A DNA stretch of 64,000 nt from Octopus vulgaris. Taxonomy: Eukaryota. The stretch is taken from positions 7,006,001 to 7,070,000 of the forward strand of contig OX597824.1 of NCBI GenBank assembly GCA_951406725.2. Direction: 5' to 3'. The translations under genes were made by a program, and so were the position numbers. The number at the start of each line of letters is the position of its first letter. Position 1 is the first letter of the stretch. Positions 38,070 to 53,377 of the stretch are shown here, piece by piece. The notes under the pieces were generated by a model. The model saw nothing but the letters and a program-made list of their open reading frames with translations, was not told the origin of the DNA and did no database searches.

Positions 38070-39243
38070 AAAAAATGAAAAAAAAATTCCAAATTCTAGA
38101 ACAAAGTGATTTAAAGTTAGTTATTTCTTCCAACTAAATCATTTCATTTTAGTAAACATTTAAAGTCATTTCAAAAACAATATGTGAACAGATACATGAA
38201 GAAATAACGAATATTAAAAATATCGAACAGATTTAAATCACGTCTGGCCCATTACCGAGGAGATATACTTAGCAGATAAACAACTGTTTCTCAAGGATTT
38301 GAGAAATCATTCGTAGATGGCGCTCATGTTCAGCACTTAGAAACCAAATACAAACAAAAAGCACTATCTTTATCTTTCCAATATTAAAGTATAATTTAAA
38401 CATTTAAATTTGGACTGTTTTGACAATAACTTCGTTTATGGTTGTTATGCTGATATTAGTAAATAAATTTATTTTCAAATTATCAAAAATTTAACTAAAA
38501 AACAAAAACAAGCCGTTATAACTTCGGATTTATTATTATCATCATTATTATTATTATTATCGGTTTCGTTTTGTTTTAACATTTATGGTCGTGAGTTTCC
38601 TTAACAGACAGACAGATATTAAATCGCTAAAGCATACTGATAGGAATTGTTAAAACAAAATGCGAAAAATAGAAGCCAAAATGCTACATAAAAGCTACAG
38701 AGATGGTTCGGTGAACCACGAAATACACCAAACCCGATCACTTTTTAAACCCCTGGGAAGCACAAGTAAGACCTGTATCGGAATGCTGTTCACATCTGTG
38801 TGACAATGCTGCTGCTGTTACGCACACACACATATGTACACGTACACACATACATACATTCAGAATCTGAGAATGCAGTCAAAAGAAGGTCATTTGACCG
38901 ATAGGCAAAATACCTGACCATTAACTCACAGACATACCGTTACTTCTCTTCACCTCACCTAACACTAGACTATGCTCCTCCTAACTAGCTAACTGCCTAC
39001 CTTTGCCACCCAGATCTTTTGTTTGTCCAATGCGCATTTCCTCTTGTCCTATCGCCCTTACTGAGTCTCCCCCTCCTGGACCCTGCATTAAACGCTTTGG
39101 TCAGTCCTTCCTTCTCAGAACAGTAAGCTTTAAGACTTCCTTCCCGCTATTCTTGAAGCTGGACATAACAATCCTGTCAACCTCACCAGCATGTGCAAAT
39201 CTATGAAACTCAAGAGCATTGACTGCCCTTCTCCCTTCAACTA

Positions 39244-39415
39244 TATCATCATCATCGTTTAACATCCGCTTTCCATGCTAGCATGGGTTGGATGATTTGA
39301 CAGAGGACTGGTGAACCAGATGGCTGCACCAAGTTTCAATCTGATCTGGCCGAGTTTCTACAGCTGGATGCCCTTCCTAATGCCAACCACTCCAAGAGGG
39401 GTTGGCATTAGGAAG
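39244..39415 (-). mobile_element. SINE family C fragment with a terminal 16-bp inversion
   Basis: Family C sequence ending cttcctaatgccaacc-actccaagagg-ggttggcattaggaag. Confidence 0.85.
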
Positions 39416-40409
39416 AGTGGTTATATATTATATAAAATGTAACATTGAGCTTGTTGGATCAGAAAATAGCAAAAGTCTCTGTAAAATTGAAGATAAATAA
39501 CACAAATATGAATCTGCGCAAATTTCTATATTTGAAAGCTGACCCCCAAAACATAGATCAATAAATAATATTAAGTATTTAATCAAAATTAATGTTTTTA
39601 ATTGTGCAATATTTTGCAATATTCTAGGATGTAACAGTGTTTGAATTTTGGTAGTTTTGGAAACAGGATTGTGTGAGAATTAGTACATATCAGGATAGAA
39701 GGTTGGCAGATGAGATGCCTCGTGGCATCTATGACACTGGCTTCTGCTCTGAGTTCAAATCTTGCCAAAGGATTTGACTCCAGTGAATGGCCCAGGCTAA
39801 TCACTTGAATGAAGGGCTAAAATTGATTACTGAATCTGTGATAAAGGGTGGAAAAGAAGGATTGCATGCAGGTGTCTGCAACTGAAATCAAACCATGACG
39901 ATAATGGATACAAAACAGGGCTTTTACATATATACATGTGTATGTGTGCATGTGTATATGTATGTATAATTTAATTGCAGACCATATAGAAATGCTGCAC
40001 AGTGTATACTAACAATAGACATAAATATGATTACAATCTAGAAAACAAATTTACATAGAGACATATTTGAAATTATATGTACATAACTACAAACCATAAA
40101 CAGTTTTATTTTTTTATTACTTCTTTTTTTTATATGCAACTCATGGGTAGATCTACTAGTTTATGTTGAAATTAATAAAAAAAAAAGTATAAATATATAT
40201 ATATATATATTTATCTGCTCGATATTTCCTTAAGGTATAAAGCCATTTTTGCTAATAGAACCGAATACGTTCGATTGACTCAACATAAATATATTATTTG
40301 CAGTACATTATTTTATTACCATTTAAGGAATGAAAACCAGCAGGATCGGAATTCAAGTGTAAGGCATTCCAGCTGAGTACTCATATTCCATATTGCTGTT
40401 CCTCTCACC

Positions 40410-40446
40410 TATGTATATATATATATATACATAAATAAATAAATAA

Positions 40447-40483
<37 letters not shown>

Positions 40484-40492
40484 CATAAATGA

Positions 40493-40586
<94 letters not shown>

Positions 40587-40620
40587 TATATATAAATAAA
40601 TTAATATATATATATATAGA
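40410..40620. repeat. (TA)n-rich microsatellite
   Basis: Direct reading. Confidence 0.95.
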
Positions 40621-41687
40621 CCACACACATATATGCATATACACGCATATAAATAGGTATATACATACACATCCAAATGATGTAATCACTCAATAAAAAA
40701 TTTTAATCGTAAATCTCTCAAAACAAGATGGAAAAAAAAGGGGGGGGTTGTTACAGTCATGTCGCAACACAGTAACCTGAACAGAGATGGCTTTGTAATA
40801 GACAACATCTGGTTCTGTTCATTGAGTGGGAAGGTTGCCTATAGTAAATGTACATGATTTACCAATGCAGTTAATCTGACATTGTACTAAGCAACAAATG
40901 TCCTGAGCATGTACCGAAAAAGTACACTGATGAACAATAAATGGGTTCTCTCTACAGTTACAGCGGTATCTAAGTATTTAAAATAAAGGGGTAAAGAAAA
41001 AGTGCCGTCGAAAGTATGTACCTTTGTAAAATGTGCAATTCTGGTTAGGGAAGCATTCCTGATATTAACTCTTTAGAGTTTTCAATACTCAGTCAAATGG
41101 TAATGCTTATTTATTCCCATTGTGTTGAATTCGGCATTATCTCATAGCTTCAAGATTTCCGTGATGTGATTGTTTATCTTGTGTGCTTTGCAGTAGAGTA
41201 GGCCCTACTAAAAGTAGGTGCCAAATGGTTGTGATAAACTGAGTGACAAGTTAAATCTACCACCAAATTAGGGCCCAATAGGATGTGAACTTAGAAATCA
41301 AAGGGCTGAAAGAAATGCTGCCAAGTGTCCAGTCAGATGTTCCTACAGTTTGACCAACTTAGATGATATTTTTTCATTGACCCATAAAAGGAAGAATGGC
41401 ACAGCTGCAGTGGGATTTGAACTCAGAGGGGAGAGAATTCAAACAAATACCATGAAGCATTTTGCCAATGCTCTAAGGGCTCTCCCTAAAAGTTATATTC
41501 TTCATTGATATGTATGCACTTTCCAAAACAATCTTGTACATCAAACTAGTGACAGAAACACAACACCCCCAAAACACACCCACCCACACATGTATGAATA
41601 TATATACAAATGCATATATATACATATGTATCAATACAGGTACACACACGCACATGTATATAGATATATATTCTTTTTCTTTTTTTT

Positions 41688-41892
41688 CTTTTACTTGTTT
41701 CAGTCATTTGACTGCAGCCATACTGGAGCACCATCTTAAGTCAAACAAACCGACCCCAGGACTTATTCTTTATAAGCCTAGTACTTATTCTATCGGTCTC
41801 TTTTGCTGAACCACTAAGTTACAGGGACATAGAAACACCAACATCAATCGTCAAGCAATGGTGGGGGCACCAACACAGACACACAAATACAT

Positions 41893-41955
<63 letters not shown>

Positions 41956-42100
41956 TACGACAGGCTTCTTTCAGTTTCTGTCTTCCAAATGCATTCACAA
42001 GCTGTAGTAGAAGACACTTGCTCAAGGTGCCACACAGTAGGACTGAGCTTGGAACCATGTGATTGGGAAGCAAGCTTCTTACCACACAGCCATCCACTCA
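41688..42100 (-). mobile_element. SINE family A
   Basis: Reverse complement of the family A sequence. Confidence 0.87.
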
Positions 42101-43553
42101 TGCATCATATATGTGTATGTATTGCACGATGGCTGTAAATGAGCATCACCATCATACAGGCAGTGTCCTTTATTTCCGATCTACTAGTGAAACATGTTAG
42201 GCAAAATTCCATCTGACCCAGGCCAGCAAGGGCAAGTGGGCACCCAAATGATGATGATGATGATGATGTGCATGCATGTGTGTGTGTATGTGTATAGAGA
42301 GAGAGAGAGAGAGCTTGGGAAAGAGACAGACATACAAAGAAGTCTTGTGAAGCAAAGTTATAACGGACATTTCCAAAATAGGTAATTGTTGCAATGGATG
42401 GAACTGAGATGTTTGTAATATTTGGATTCAATGCTTGTAAACTTAATACCTTCTTAATTAAACCACTTTAATCAGCATCTTCTGATTGAGCTGTCCTATA
42501 TTTGATATGAAATTACATCTTAATTAAATAAGAATAGAAGTCACACAGTGTAGTGTACCAAACGCTAATGTTACGTCCACGAAGCTCTCTATTTATGTTG
42601 TATAAACTACATCGTTACTTTTATATAAGTTTCTTGGAAATTAACAACCATGCTAATTATACATTTGCTTCTAATGCCTCCCTTCTGTTCATAAAACCCA
42701 CTATTTGATTACAGTTAATTATTTGAATCTCTCTAAGTGTTAAAACAATTTCAGCCAATCTAGAAAGCATTCATTAAAATCTGTGTAAAAATTCCGCAAT
42801 TGCCTGTGTATAATATTGGACATTAGAGAAAATGACTTAGGTTCTTTTCATTATTATAACTAAAACTAATTTATTTCTGCAAGCATTTAATATCAAAGAT
42901 AATTAATCAATTCCGTCTTCTGTAATTTAAAAATAAAACTTTATAACCACATTCGATTAAAATGAAATAATTTATGGACTGGATAAAAAATTAAAAAAGA
43001 CAAAAAATTAAAATAACCTACTTAAAATTCTTTATCTTGTCTAACATTTACAAATTAGATAACAAAATTAAATGAAATTTTAATATGCAATCACAGCTAA
43101 TAAAAACATTACAGGCAAGGTAGTTAATTTTTGATAGATATTTTGTTTTTGCTTGTAGGAATTAAAATGCAGTGTAGCTTTCAATTTAATTTATCCTTAG
43201 GAGCTAAATTCTTAGATAATACAATGGACAACAGCTATTTTCACCACTTTCTTAGTGCATACATCGTTTAAATTTTGTTGTACACAAGTTGCAAAAACAA
43301 AACATGGAGTCTTTAACCACAAAGTAAGATCAATCTTCTCATATCTGCGAAAATGCAAAATTGTTCAACATCTTCAGCGTGTTAATGATCTGTGTCACTT
43401 GAAATATAAGACGAAAAAGTATAAAGTGAAAAAAAAAGAAAAAGGTGATGTATTCATCAATTTCGGATATATTGCTATATCGATTAACGGTATAAAATTT
43501 TACAGGGAAAAGGAAATATTCAAACTGAACTCCCAACCACTGGATATGTTATG

Positions 43554-43590
<37 letters not shown>

Positions 43591-44173
43591 TGTTCAAATT
43601 GCAAGGATGTCACTTCATTTCAGGAGATTAAAGCAATTATTTAGTTGTTTGGAAAAAAAAAATTTTTTAAAAAAGAGAGAAAAAAAAAAAGAAAAATGCA
43701 TCCAGATTTTTTTTTCTTCCTTTCTAAGCCATTTCAGAAAATATGGCACCCTATAAATTTAGTTAACAACTAAATTTTGATGGATCGTTTCCGACACTGG
43801 ATACCGATATACGTTTCAGGCACAGGAAATTGGAATTTTACCCTGGACAGATTGTTTCTAAATATGAATTTCAACTTGATTTTTACAAGTGTTTTATCCC
43901 CAGTCAATAAATTCTTTTGGATAGCATACAAGTGGTCAGCAGTGAGATTTTCTTACCGATTGCTTAAAAACTCATCAGTCAACGAATATATCTTTAATTA
44001 TAACATTCTCTTAAAGCCAAACAGAACTAAAACCACAGTCTTTGTAAAAAAAAGAAGAAAAAAAAGAAAAGAAAAATGAAAGAAAAAAAAGAAAAAGACA
44101 AAAAAAAGGAATCATATGCCACAAAACTTTTCCACTAGTGATATTAATTATTTTTTTCCTAGTGTTACCCTTC

Positions 44174-44238
<65 letters not shown>

Positions 44239-44424
44239 CTCTAAGTATTTTAACTGTTATATAAAGTTGTTGTTTTTTATTTTGTTTTGGTTGTTTACCA
44301 TGTTTAGATACTTATGGTCAAATGTTAGTTCAAAAGTACCAGAGACGTATCAATATGTTTTTTTGCTTGCTCTGGCTGTAATACAATTTCTAAAAATGAC
44401 AGAAAAAAAATGAATGTGTGGGTG

Positions 44425-44455
<31 letters not shown>

Positions 44456-44458
44456 TTA

Positions 44459-44516
<58 letters not shown>

Positions 44517-44519
44517 TAT

Positions 44520-44570
<51 letters not shown>

Positions 44571-46734
44571 AATATATATATGTGTGTGTGTGTGTGCAAC
44601 ACAGACCAAGAGAAAAACAATGGAAGTTATCCTTGACAAAAATGTTTACAGGAATTGTATTTTGACTTCTAGAATGAGTGAAAAGTAAAAAATAAAAACA
44701 GAAACAGCTTTGCCAAAAAGCAGAGTTGAATTCCATGTAAACTGATATATTTGTTTATTAGATCAATATTATTGGAAACATTTATGTATGTGGAACCTGT
44801 TCCAGAAATACTCTACGACAATAATGGATATCATGTCTTTCACTTTGCTTTAGAAATTTAGAAAAAAAAAAAAAAAAAAAGTAACAAAAAATATGACTGT
44901 ACAAGTTTGTTGTTTTTGTTTGTTTTGTTAAGAAATAAAAGTGCACAGATTTATTCAAATTCTATAAAATGTTAAAATTTTCATCAAAGCTTTGCCAAGT
45001 GACTTGAGAAGATCATTATTCCTAAGAAGTTTGAATGACAATTAAACAACCACCAAACAAACACACACACACACACACACATACACACACAAAAGAAAAG
45101 AAAGAGGAAAATATATGAAATATAATCTAAGAATTGATATAAATTTTCCTTTCTAATATTTGAATAATATTTTTTGTTTTGTCTGAACTTAAAATCTTTC
45201 TGTAATTTTATGTTGAAAAATTGAAAACAATACAAAATAATCAAGTTATGTTACTAACATTACATTTTTCTTTTGGCTTTTTTTTTTTTTTTTTTGCACA
45301 TGAGAAACAACAAGTTTTTTGCCTCGTGAGAAACTAGGTACTATCTAAGGGACATTCCAAGAAGATTTCATAGGGGTACCTAACGAATAAAAGTGGAAAC
45401 TAAAAGCTTTTACACAGCAGCACTCTTTACTGAGAACAGTTGAGGAGTTATTTCCTCAGTAGGCCAGTAAAGAATAGTTACAGCATAATGTCTTGCCTTA
45501 TATTTCAAACTTAGAATGGTTGTTTTGGCCTTGTTGTTGTTGTTGTTGTGCTTCATAACGAGTGATATTTATCATATTGAACTTATGTAAACAAATTGCA
45601 TTACTATTTCATTCTGTTACAGAAATAAGCTTTGGGAAGAGATTCAAAATATGTGAAAGTAAGATGCTACTTTCACTTTCCATTTATATATATCGTTAAG
45701 ATGGAAGAAAGAAAAAAATAAAGAATAATTTACATTGCTAATGCGATTTAACTTCAGCAGAAAACTTAGTTTATCCTGCAACCAAAATATACCGTAATTT
45801 TTTTAAGTGTATGTCTAAGGAATAATTATGTTGTTTCATGATGTGAAAATGCAGTACTCAGGATCATACAGCCATGCATGCTTGAGTGTATATATACTTT
45901 GCATATATAACAGTGTGTGTGTACGTATATGCTTTGGGGAGGAGAGTAATATGCAGATGACACATGCAGTACATGATCGCAGGCCAAATATGAAGATTAC
46001 ATCATGTTGCTTAACATGTGTTCAAACTAATTCCCGGTGCCATGTAGCAATGCACAGATCCATTCCATTATTGCTTCATAACCCCTTCTGGAAAATACTT
46101 CTCAAAACAGACAATATAAGTGCCATAAAGACCACAGAGTACATGAAAAAAAGGGAACCAACAAAGAAGATACTACAGAAACACTTCTCAACCAAGGTTC
46201 CTCAGAATCTTAAGGTTCCATGAAAAGATCTTTAGGAATTCTATGAAAACTAAAACGGCTAATTACATGCCAATGCATTTTTGAGTCATTTTGGTGTGAT
46301 TTTGTAATACACCCTATGATAGGGAAACCTTGGCATTTGTGTGTAGTAAGGAGGTCCCATGGGGGAAAAAATAACCTCTTAAGAAGAAACTGAAAAAGAA
46401 TTCCATCTAAATAAAAATTTAAGAGATTTCTTACACGTTCTTTAGCACATCCCAGCCTTATGACATAAATCCATTATATTTGAAATATTTTTTAGAAAAG
46501 GTCTGAGGTCACCCAGTGAAAACTTTGGTAACCCACATTGAGGTTATGGCCCATCCGTTGCCAAGTCCTGGGTTATATTATAGATTAAATGGGCTAAAGA
46601 TTAGAACTTAATGAATCATGGTAACAGGCAAGAGTACAAAACTCCCAAGTCTTTACTCATCACAGAAACGGAACTTAACGCACTTGTCTGCTTACAGCAC
46701 AGTGCCCATCATCATCATCATCATCATTTTAATG

Positions 46735-46972
46735 ATAGGGCAGCAAGCTGGCAGAATCATTAGCATGCCTGGCAAAATGCTTAACGGTATTTCATCTGCA
46801 GTTATGTTCTGAGTTCAAATTCCATCGCGGTCGACTTTGTCTTTCAGCCTTTTGGGGGTCAATTAAATGAGTACTAGTTACGCACTGGAGTAGATGTAAT
46901 CAACTTAATCCCTCTGTCTGTCCTTATTTGTCCCCTCTATATTTAGCCCTCTGTGGGCAATAAAGAAATAAA
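46735..46972 (+). mobile_element. SINE family B, full length
   Basis: Head agctggcagaatcattagc, B box gagttcaaattcc, central gtcgactttg.ctttca.cct, tail agccctctgtgggcaataaagaaata. Confidence 0.87.
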
Positions 46973-47672
46973 TATTTTAATGATATAAAGTAATGAATTA
47001 ATATTAATGAATATAGCCTTAAAGTCCCTTAAACTACTGGATTGCAGTTTTCGGTAGTTTTTTTCCATTTGTTATTTGTAATCAGTATACACTATAAGTC
47101 AGAGGTCGGCAAGACGTGGGGTAAAAATGAAATTTTGGGGGATGATGAGGACTCATCAGACATAAGTAAAATTATATAAAAAAAAACATGTTCCCTGTTG
47201 TCTGTGATTTTCTTCCATTCAAATAAAAGGGTTATGTCGGCATAAATAAATATGTTTTGAAGTAAGTTAACAAAGGTCCCTGGCCCCTGCTCAAAGCTGT
47301 AGTGCTTTTAACATTGATTCATAGATGCATTGTGAGGTGTGTAAGGTATAAACTGAAGTAAAATGAAATCAGCAGCAACTGAAACTCGTATCTAAATTAT
47401 GAACTTGTGAAATGGTAAGATATTTCTTCACATGTTTCAAAAAATTTAATCTTCAGATAAATGGTTGGTCATATAATTCTTATTAGACTGGTAAAATCTG
47501 ATTATTTCAAACTCATACTCAAAGAACAACATAAAAAGATCTTTATTCAATTTGCTATTGATGGCAGTTGACCAATGACAGTTTAGAAACGACACAAAAG
47601 ATTTTCAATGGCAACTTTATAAAATTCAAGTAATCTTGAAGCAAAGATGTACAAAAAAAATCTTTTGCTGTC

Positions 47673-47739
<67 letters not shown>

Positions 47740-49346
47740 GCATCATGCACTGAAGTATGTTTGGTTTGTTTACTCTATATAAAAAAATTTGGTAAACTTT
47801 CCATTGATAATTCTTTCATTATCATATTTCCACCCAAACACATCACCTGCATCTCAGTTAATTTCGAAAATAACTTTGTCATCATTAAGCTGGCATCTGG
47901 AACGACTTAAAATAAAATTTCGATGGAAGATTTAGGGAGGGGGAAAAAAAAAGTGGGATCACTTTAAAACACCAAGTTTTTGTACACCAGAGCCAGGGAC
48001 AGTCTCAAGCAGACTGGTATTAAAATGACGAAGGGAGCATTTTCACAAGTACTGGTGGCGGTTGTACTCTTTCTACTCCAAGCTCCAAGAAAAAACAAAT
48101 GTTAAATTTAGCATAAGGGGCCCCAAAACATAATAAATTTAGTTTAAGTCAAAGAAACATTTTTTTTTTTGTTACAGTCCTGTCAAATCAAGTGACAGTA
48201 AAACATCTTACGAGGTGTCTTTCCATAATTGTGTTATAATGTTTTCAGAAAGTATGATCCTGCTAAAAAGATATCTACAACAATCTTATGATGAAGAATT
48301 TGTCTTTGTTTCTGTACAAATAATGTGTCAAAGACTCTTTACATTCTGTTAGATACGACTGTTAGCTCATTTATTATTACAAGTCATTAAAATGAACAGA
48401 ATGCAGAATTTAAAATCACAAATGTGAAGTACAATGCAAATGTTTAAATATTCTCTCGGGTTTATTGATTGGAAATCGCACCCACTTTGCTAGTATTGAC
48501 ACTTTATTGAACAGCACCGACTTAAATGGAACATGAAGGATGATGATCTCGCTGTCAGGGCCAAAGCGCCAACATTTGCAGAATGATGTTCTGCAATAAT
48601 AATCTAACTTAAACAAAAATGTCCACAGTGTGCTGCGCCAATCAAACAACATGTCATCTTTGGACTTTCAAAATTATGTCGGAATTGTTCATATAAGAGG
48701 AATTTGTTTACATAGCATTAATGTTTTGCGTGTTGTGTGTATACGAGGATAACTAGTTATTCTATAACACTCTCTCTCTCACTCTCTCTCTCTGTATATA
48801 TATATATATATATATGCATGCACACACACGTACATACAAAGTTATATGCATATATATATATGTGTGTATATATGTTTATGTGTGTATCAATGTGTACACA
48901 AATCTCTGTCTGTCTGTATGTATGTATGAATATATGTATGTATATACGTGCATGCACACACACATACATACATACAAAGTTATATGCATATGTGTATATA
49001 TGTATATGTGTGCGTGTATCAATGTGTACACAAATAGCTCTCTCTCTCTCTCTCTCTCTCCCTATGTGTGTGTGAGTGTATGTGTTTGTACAGGCACACC
49101 CCTACATCCCCCCCCAAACACACACACACATTTTTCAATGACTGTTTTCATTTTTCATTTACCAGCTACAGTATGCAACAGATAATGAAAAGCTGTTAAA
49201 AGTCAAACAATACCTGCATCGAAAGCGTTTTAAAGTAAGGAAGCCCTTACACAGAGTAAATTCTACTCTCTAGTCAACACAGGAATTTGCCCAAAGAGGA
49301 AAACGAGATACATACACACACACAAACATACATGCACATATGCATG

Positions 49347-49388
<42 letters not shown>

Positions 49389-49627
49389 CACATATATATA
49401 TTTCATGTTTTACTTGTTTCAGGCATTACACTGTTGCCATGCTGGAGCAGGCAAACAAATCAACCCCGATACTATATTTGTTTTTTTCAAGCCTGGAACT
49501 TATTCTGTCAGTCTCTCTTGCTTCAATGCTATTGTTATGGGGACATAAACACACCAATGCCGGTTGTTAAGTAGTGGTGGTAGACAAACATAGACACACA
49601 CACAAATACACACACATACATATATAT

Positions 49628-49930
49628 CACCGTGATCACTGTCACCATGACTGACCAGGCTATCAGATGTTGCTACTCGTCACTGGTCACAGTGTGCTTT
49701 GCATTGTTTTAGCCTTTAAATGACGCCACCCTGCTGGCTAAGCAAGCAGGCCAACAGAAGAAAGAGTGAGAGAAAGTTGTGGCGAAAGAGTACAGCAGGG
49801 ATCGCCACCACCCCCTACCAGAGCCTCGTGGAGCTTTAGGTGTTTTCGCTCAATAAACACTCACAACACCTGGTCTGGGAATCGAAATCGTGAGTCCGCT
49901 GCCCTAACCACTGGGCCATTGCGCCTCCAC
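49628..49930 (-). mobile_element. SINE family D head with an alternative 3' tail
   Basis: The 5' ~175 nt match 31825-32016; the 3' part is unrelated. Confidence 0.85.
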
Positions 49931-50763
49931 ACACACACACAGATATATATATATACAATGAGCTTTGTTCAGTTTCTGTCAGGCAAATCCACTTACAAGG
50001 TTTTGCACAACTCAAGGCTGTACTAGAAAACCCTTGCTCAAAGTGCCATGTAGTAGGAGCAAACACAGAACCAGGAGACTGGAAAGCAAACTTTAACCAC
50101 ACAGAATATGTGAGTGCGTGAGTATGTATGCATGAATGCATGAGTACACATACACACACAAACACATATATATATAATCAGATAAAGACAGCAGTTTCAT
50201 AATGAAGCTAGAAAACAAACACATGTTTACTTTGCAAGGGAGTGGTGGAGTGGAAAGGAGTCCAGCCGTGCTCTTCATACACCAAAGCAAATTTACAGGA
50301 TGTAGTTTTATTGACAGTGGTGAGAGCAAGCTGAGAGATGAGGAAACAAAACCCTGAGCTGAGAATTTGAATCGGAACAGACATGCAATGATAAATGACC
50401 TACCTGAAAGCAGGTAGTTTGATCTGGAGTAGATCGACAAATACAAAGTGATTAGCTGGGCTTCAGCTAAAATGCTTCCTCTACCGTTATGAATACGGCT
50501 GAACGGAATGAAATGGTAACAAATAAAAGGAATGATACTAATGGCCGCGCATAATGTAACTAGCAATATAATTTATAGACCGAATTGTGGTTAAAATGTT
50601 TGCAACAAATCTATATTTTTTTTTAGGAGACAGTATCAGAATATTCCAGAACTTCTCTTAATTAGCGCTTTAAGAGTTGCCGATGCCAAAAGTTTATGCT
50701 ATCATCATTGTGTCAGTAATTCCTATTACCATCGCTATTATTATTACTGCCATCCTTGTGGTT

Positions 50764-50798
<35 letters not shown>

Positions 50799-51159
50799 TA
50801 TTATTATTATTATTATTATTATTGTTATTATTATTGTTATTGTTATTAATTACTACCATTATTATCATATCGTCATCAACATTTAGAACATTATTCTGAG
50901 ACATTCTGTTATCTTTGTATTGCTTCCTCAATAACCATGAAGTGAAATGGGTAAAGTATAAACGATAATTTGTGCTCGGCGCTTACAGCGCATCTAAGCA
51001 TGTAGCAGTTAAATGAAATTTTTGATATCGACAATAAATAGAAATGAAATGTGATAAGTGTGCACAATAGTCACATACACATAGCTTTGGACAAAGACAT
51101 ACATGTACAAATATATATGTGTGTGTGTGTATACATACATACAAGAATTATAAAGATAT

Positions 51160-51210
<51 letters not shown>

Positions 51211-51569
51211 GATACGCATATTTATAAGCACACACATAAATACATACCTAATCATACTAGTACAAATATATGGATATCATACACATCCTATACAGATGAT
51301 ATATATATATGGAGAGAGAGAGAGAGAGAGAAAGAAAGAGTGAGAGAGATTCACACATGTACATGCAGGTGTGGAAATACACACACACACATACACACAC
51401 ACATATATATATACAAGCATGCATAGGTATACACTGCTACATGGTTGAATAGATGTATATTTCTATAAGAATAGAATACGCCAGTAAATATACTGTGTGT
51501 ATGCATTTGTGTCCATGTGTGAATTATACATGTATACACACACATAAATACATACACACATACCTATAT

Positions 51570-51570
51570 G

Positions 51571-51606
<36 letters not shown>

Positions 51607-51875
51607 CACACACATATATACACACACACATATATATATATACACACACAAATATACATACGCACACATATATACACATATATATATATACACACATATA
51701 CATACACACACATATATACATGCACACACATATATACACACACACATATATATATATATACACACACACATATATACATACACACACATATACACACACA
51801 CATATATATATATACATACACACACATATATATACATATACACACACACACCCAGACACACATACATACACATAT
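51570..51875. repeat. (CA/TA)n compound microsatellite
   Basis: Direct reading. Confidence 0.95.
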
Positions 51876-52074
51876 TTATTTATTCGTTTTAATAACAGTC
51901 TGACTCAGCTCCATATGCCACAAGAGTGTCTTTGGCATATCGGTCGTGCCAATATCGCCAAGAATTAAAGAACTGAGCCAAACTGTTATGGCAAAATACA
52001 TGCAACCCCTACTCAGGTGATGTGCAGGATGCCACATTCTTTCATTTGTCCACTCACTTGTGTGTATATATATG

Positions 52075-52228
52075 TCTCCTTGTTTTTTTCTGTGTCCCTT
52101 TCTGTAGAAGAGCGTAGGCTCGAAATGTAAAAGACTTTTTCTGTTCCTGAGTGTTATACTAATACATCTGTTTGTTTTCTACACAACCTGTCTTCATCTT
52201 TTGTTTTTTTTTTCGTAAACTCTCACTA
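52075..52228 (+). mobile_element. Copy of the CUGUAGA hammerhead-like repeat
   Basis: cttt-CTGTAGA-a-gagc-gtag-gctc-GAAA-t-GTA-aaag; colinear with 35946-36098. Confidence 0.75.
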
Positions 52229-52938
52229 TACATATAGACATATTCAGTGTATGCATATTATTCAGTTTGACAATAAAAGAGGAAAAGAGTATATTACATA
52301 TAATGTAGAGCGTATAATTTATCTATTTATTTAAAGTGAATTTCTGCCGCACCTTTGCGTCTCCTATCGTTACCATATTCAGACAACAACTCAAGCCTAC
52401 AGAGCATAACACTCGGGTCACAAGACAAAGAAATTCATTTTAAGTAAATAAAACACACACATATCAAAATTTTGATTTTCTTAATGCAGTTTGGTTGGGG
52501 GTGGGGGGCAGGTGTGAAGGTAATATTCCTGTTCAAAAAAACAAAAAGAAAAGAAAAGAAAATGATGATGTTGTTTTTTTTCTTTTGATGTTTAAACTTT
52601 TACAAGAAACGGATGTTGGAAAAGAAATTCCTCACAGGAAGGAGACATGTATTTGCAAATCAAATGGGCTTCTTTGTTGCTGGAAACCTTAGAATATCCC
52701 TTAAGACAGGAAACAAACAATGGATGTTGAAGGTTTCCAGTAATTAGTAAGTTCACAATCGGCATGTTTGCACGCTGTTGTCTAATTCGTACCAATCTCA
52801 CCTGTAATACCTGTAAGTATTCCCATAATGCAACTTATGACATGTCTCAAAGGCTTGATGACAACATCATAATCATATCTTATATAAGTCATAGATAAGT
52901 TACTGTTTTACATGAAGTGATGATGTATGTATGTGAAC

Positions 52939-52988
<50 letters not shown>

Positions 52989-52994
52989 TGTATG

Positions 52995-53041
<47 letters not shown>

Positions 53042-53106
53042 TTGATAAAAACGGTAAGATAACAAAAGAAAGAAAGAGACCTCGATATTATGTAAATAGA
53101 GGAATT

Positions 53107-53282
53107 TATCTGTAAAAGTGATATGTGACAATTATTCGGTAGCCAAGATAATGGTCATTTTCCATAGCGCTTTTCGATGGCTGGATAACTGAAGAGATGG
53201 TGGTCTAGATTTCCACCTAGGCATCCGAAACTTGGAGTTTTATCTTGGCTACTGAATAATTCTTGTCACATATTACTTTTAC

Positions 53283-53287
<5 letters not shown>
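53107..53287. repeat. Inverted repeat enclosing the hammerhead
   Basis: 53107-53151 (tatctgtaaaagt..gtagccaagataa) is the reverse complement of 53240-53287 (ttatcttggctac..acttttacagata). Confidence 0.88.
53184..53244 (+). ncRNA. Type I hammerhead ribozyme motif (best-formed in the window)
   Basis: gataa-CTGAAGA-gatg..catc-c-GAAA-ct-tgg-a-GTT-ttatc: stem I gataa/ttatc, stem II gatg/catc plus inner gtgg/ccac, stem III ACU/AGU with a 3-nt loop. Confidence 0.8.

Positions 53288-53377
<90 letters not shown>

Noticed and set aside
50093-50566. 157-aa minus-strand ORF
   Set aside because: Non-ATG start, ends in a microsatellite and has no recognisable domain
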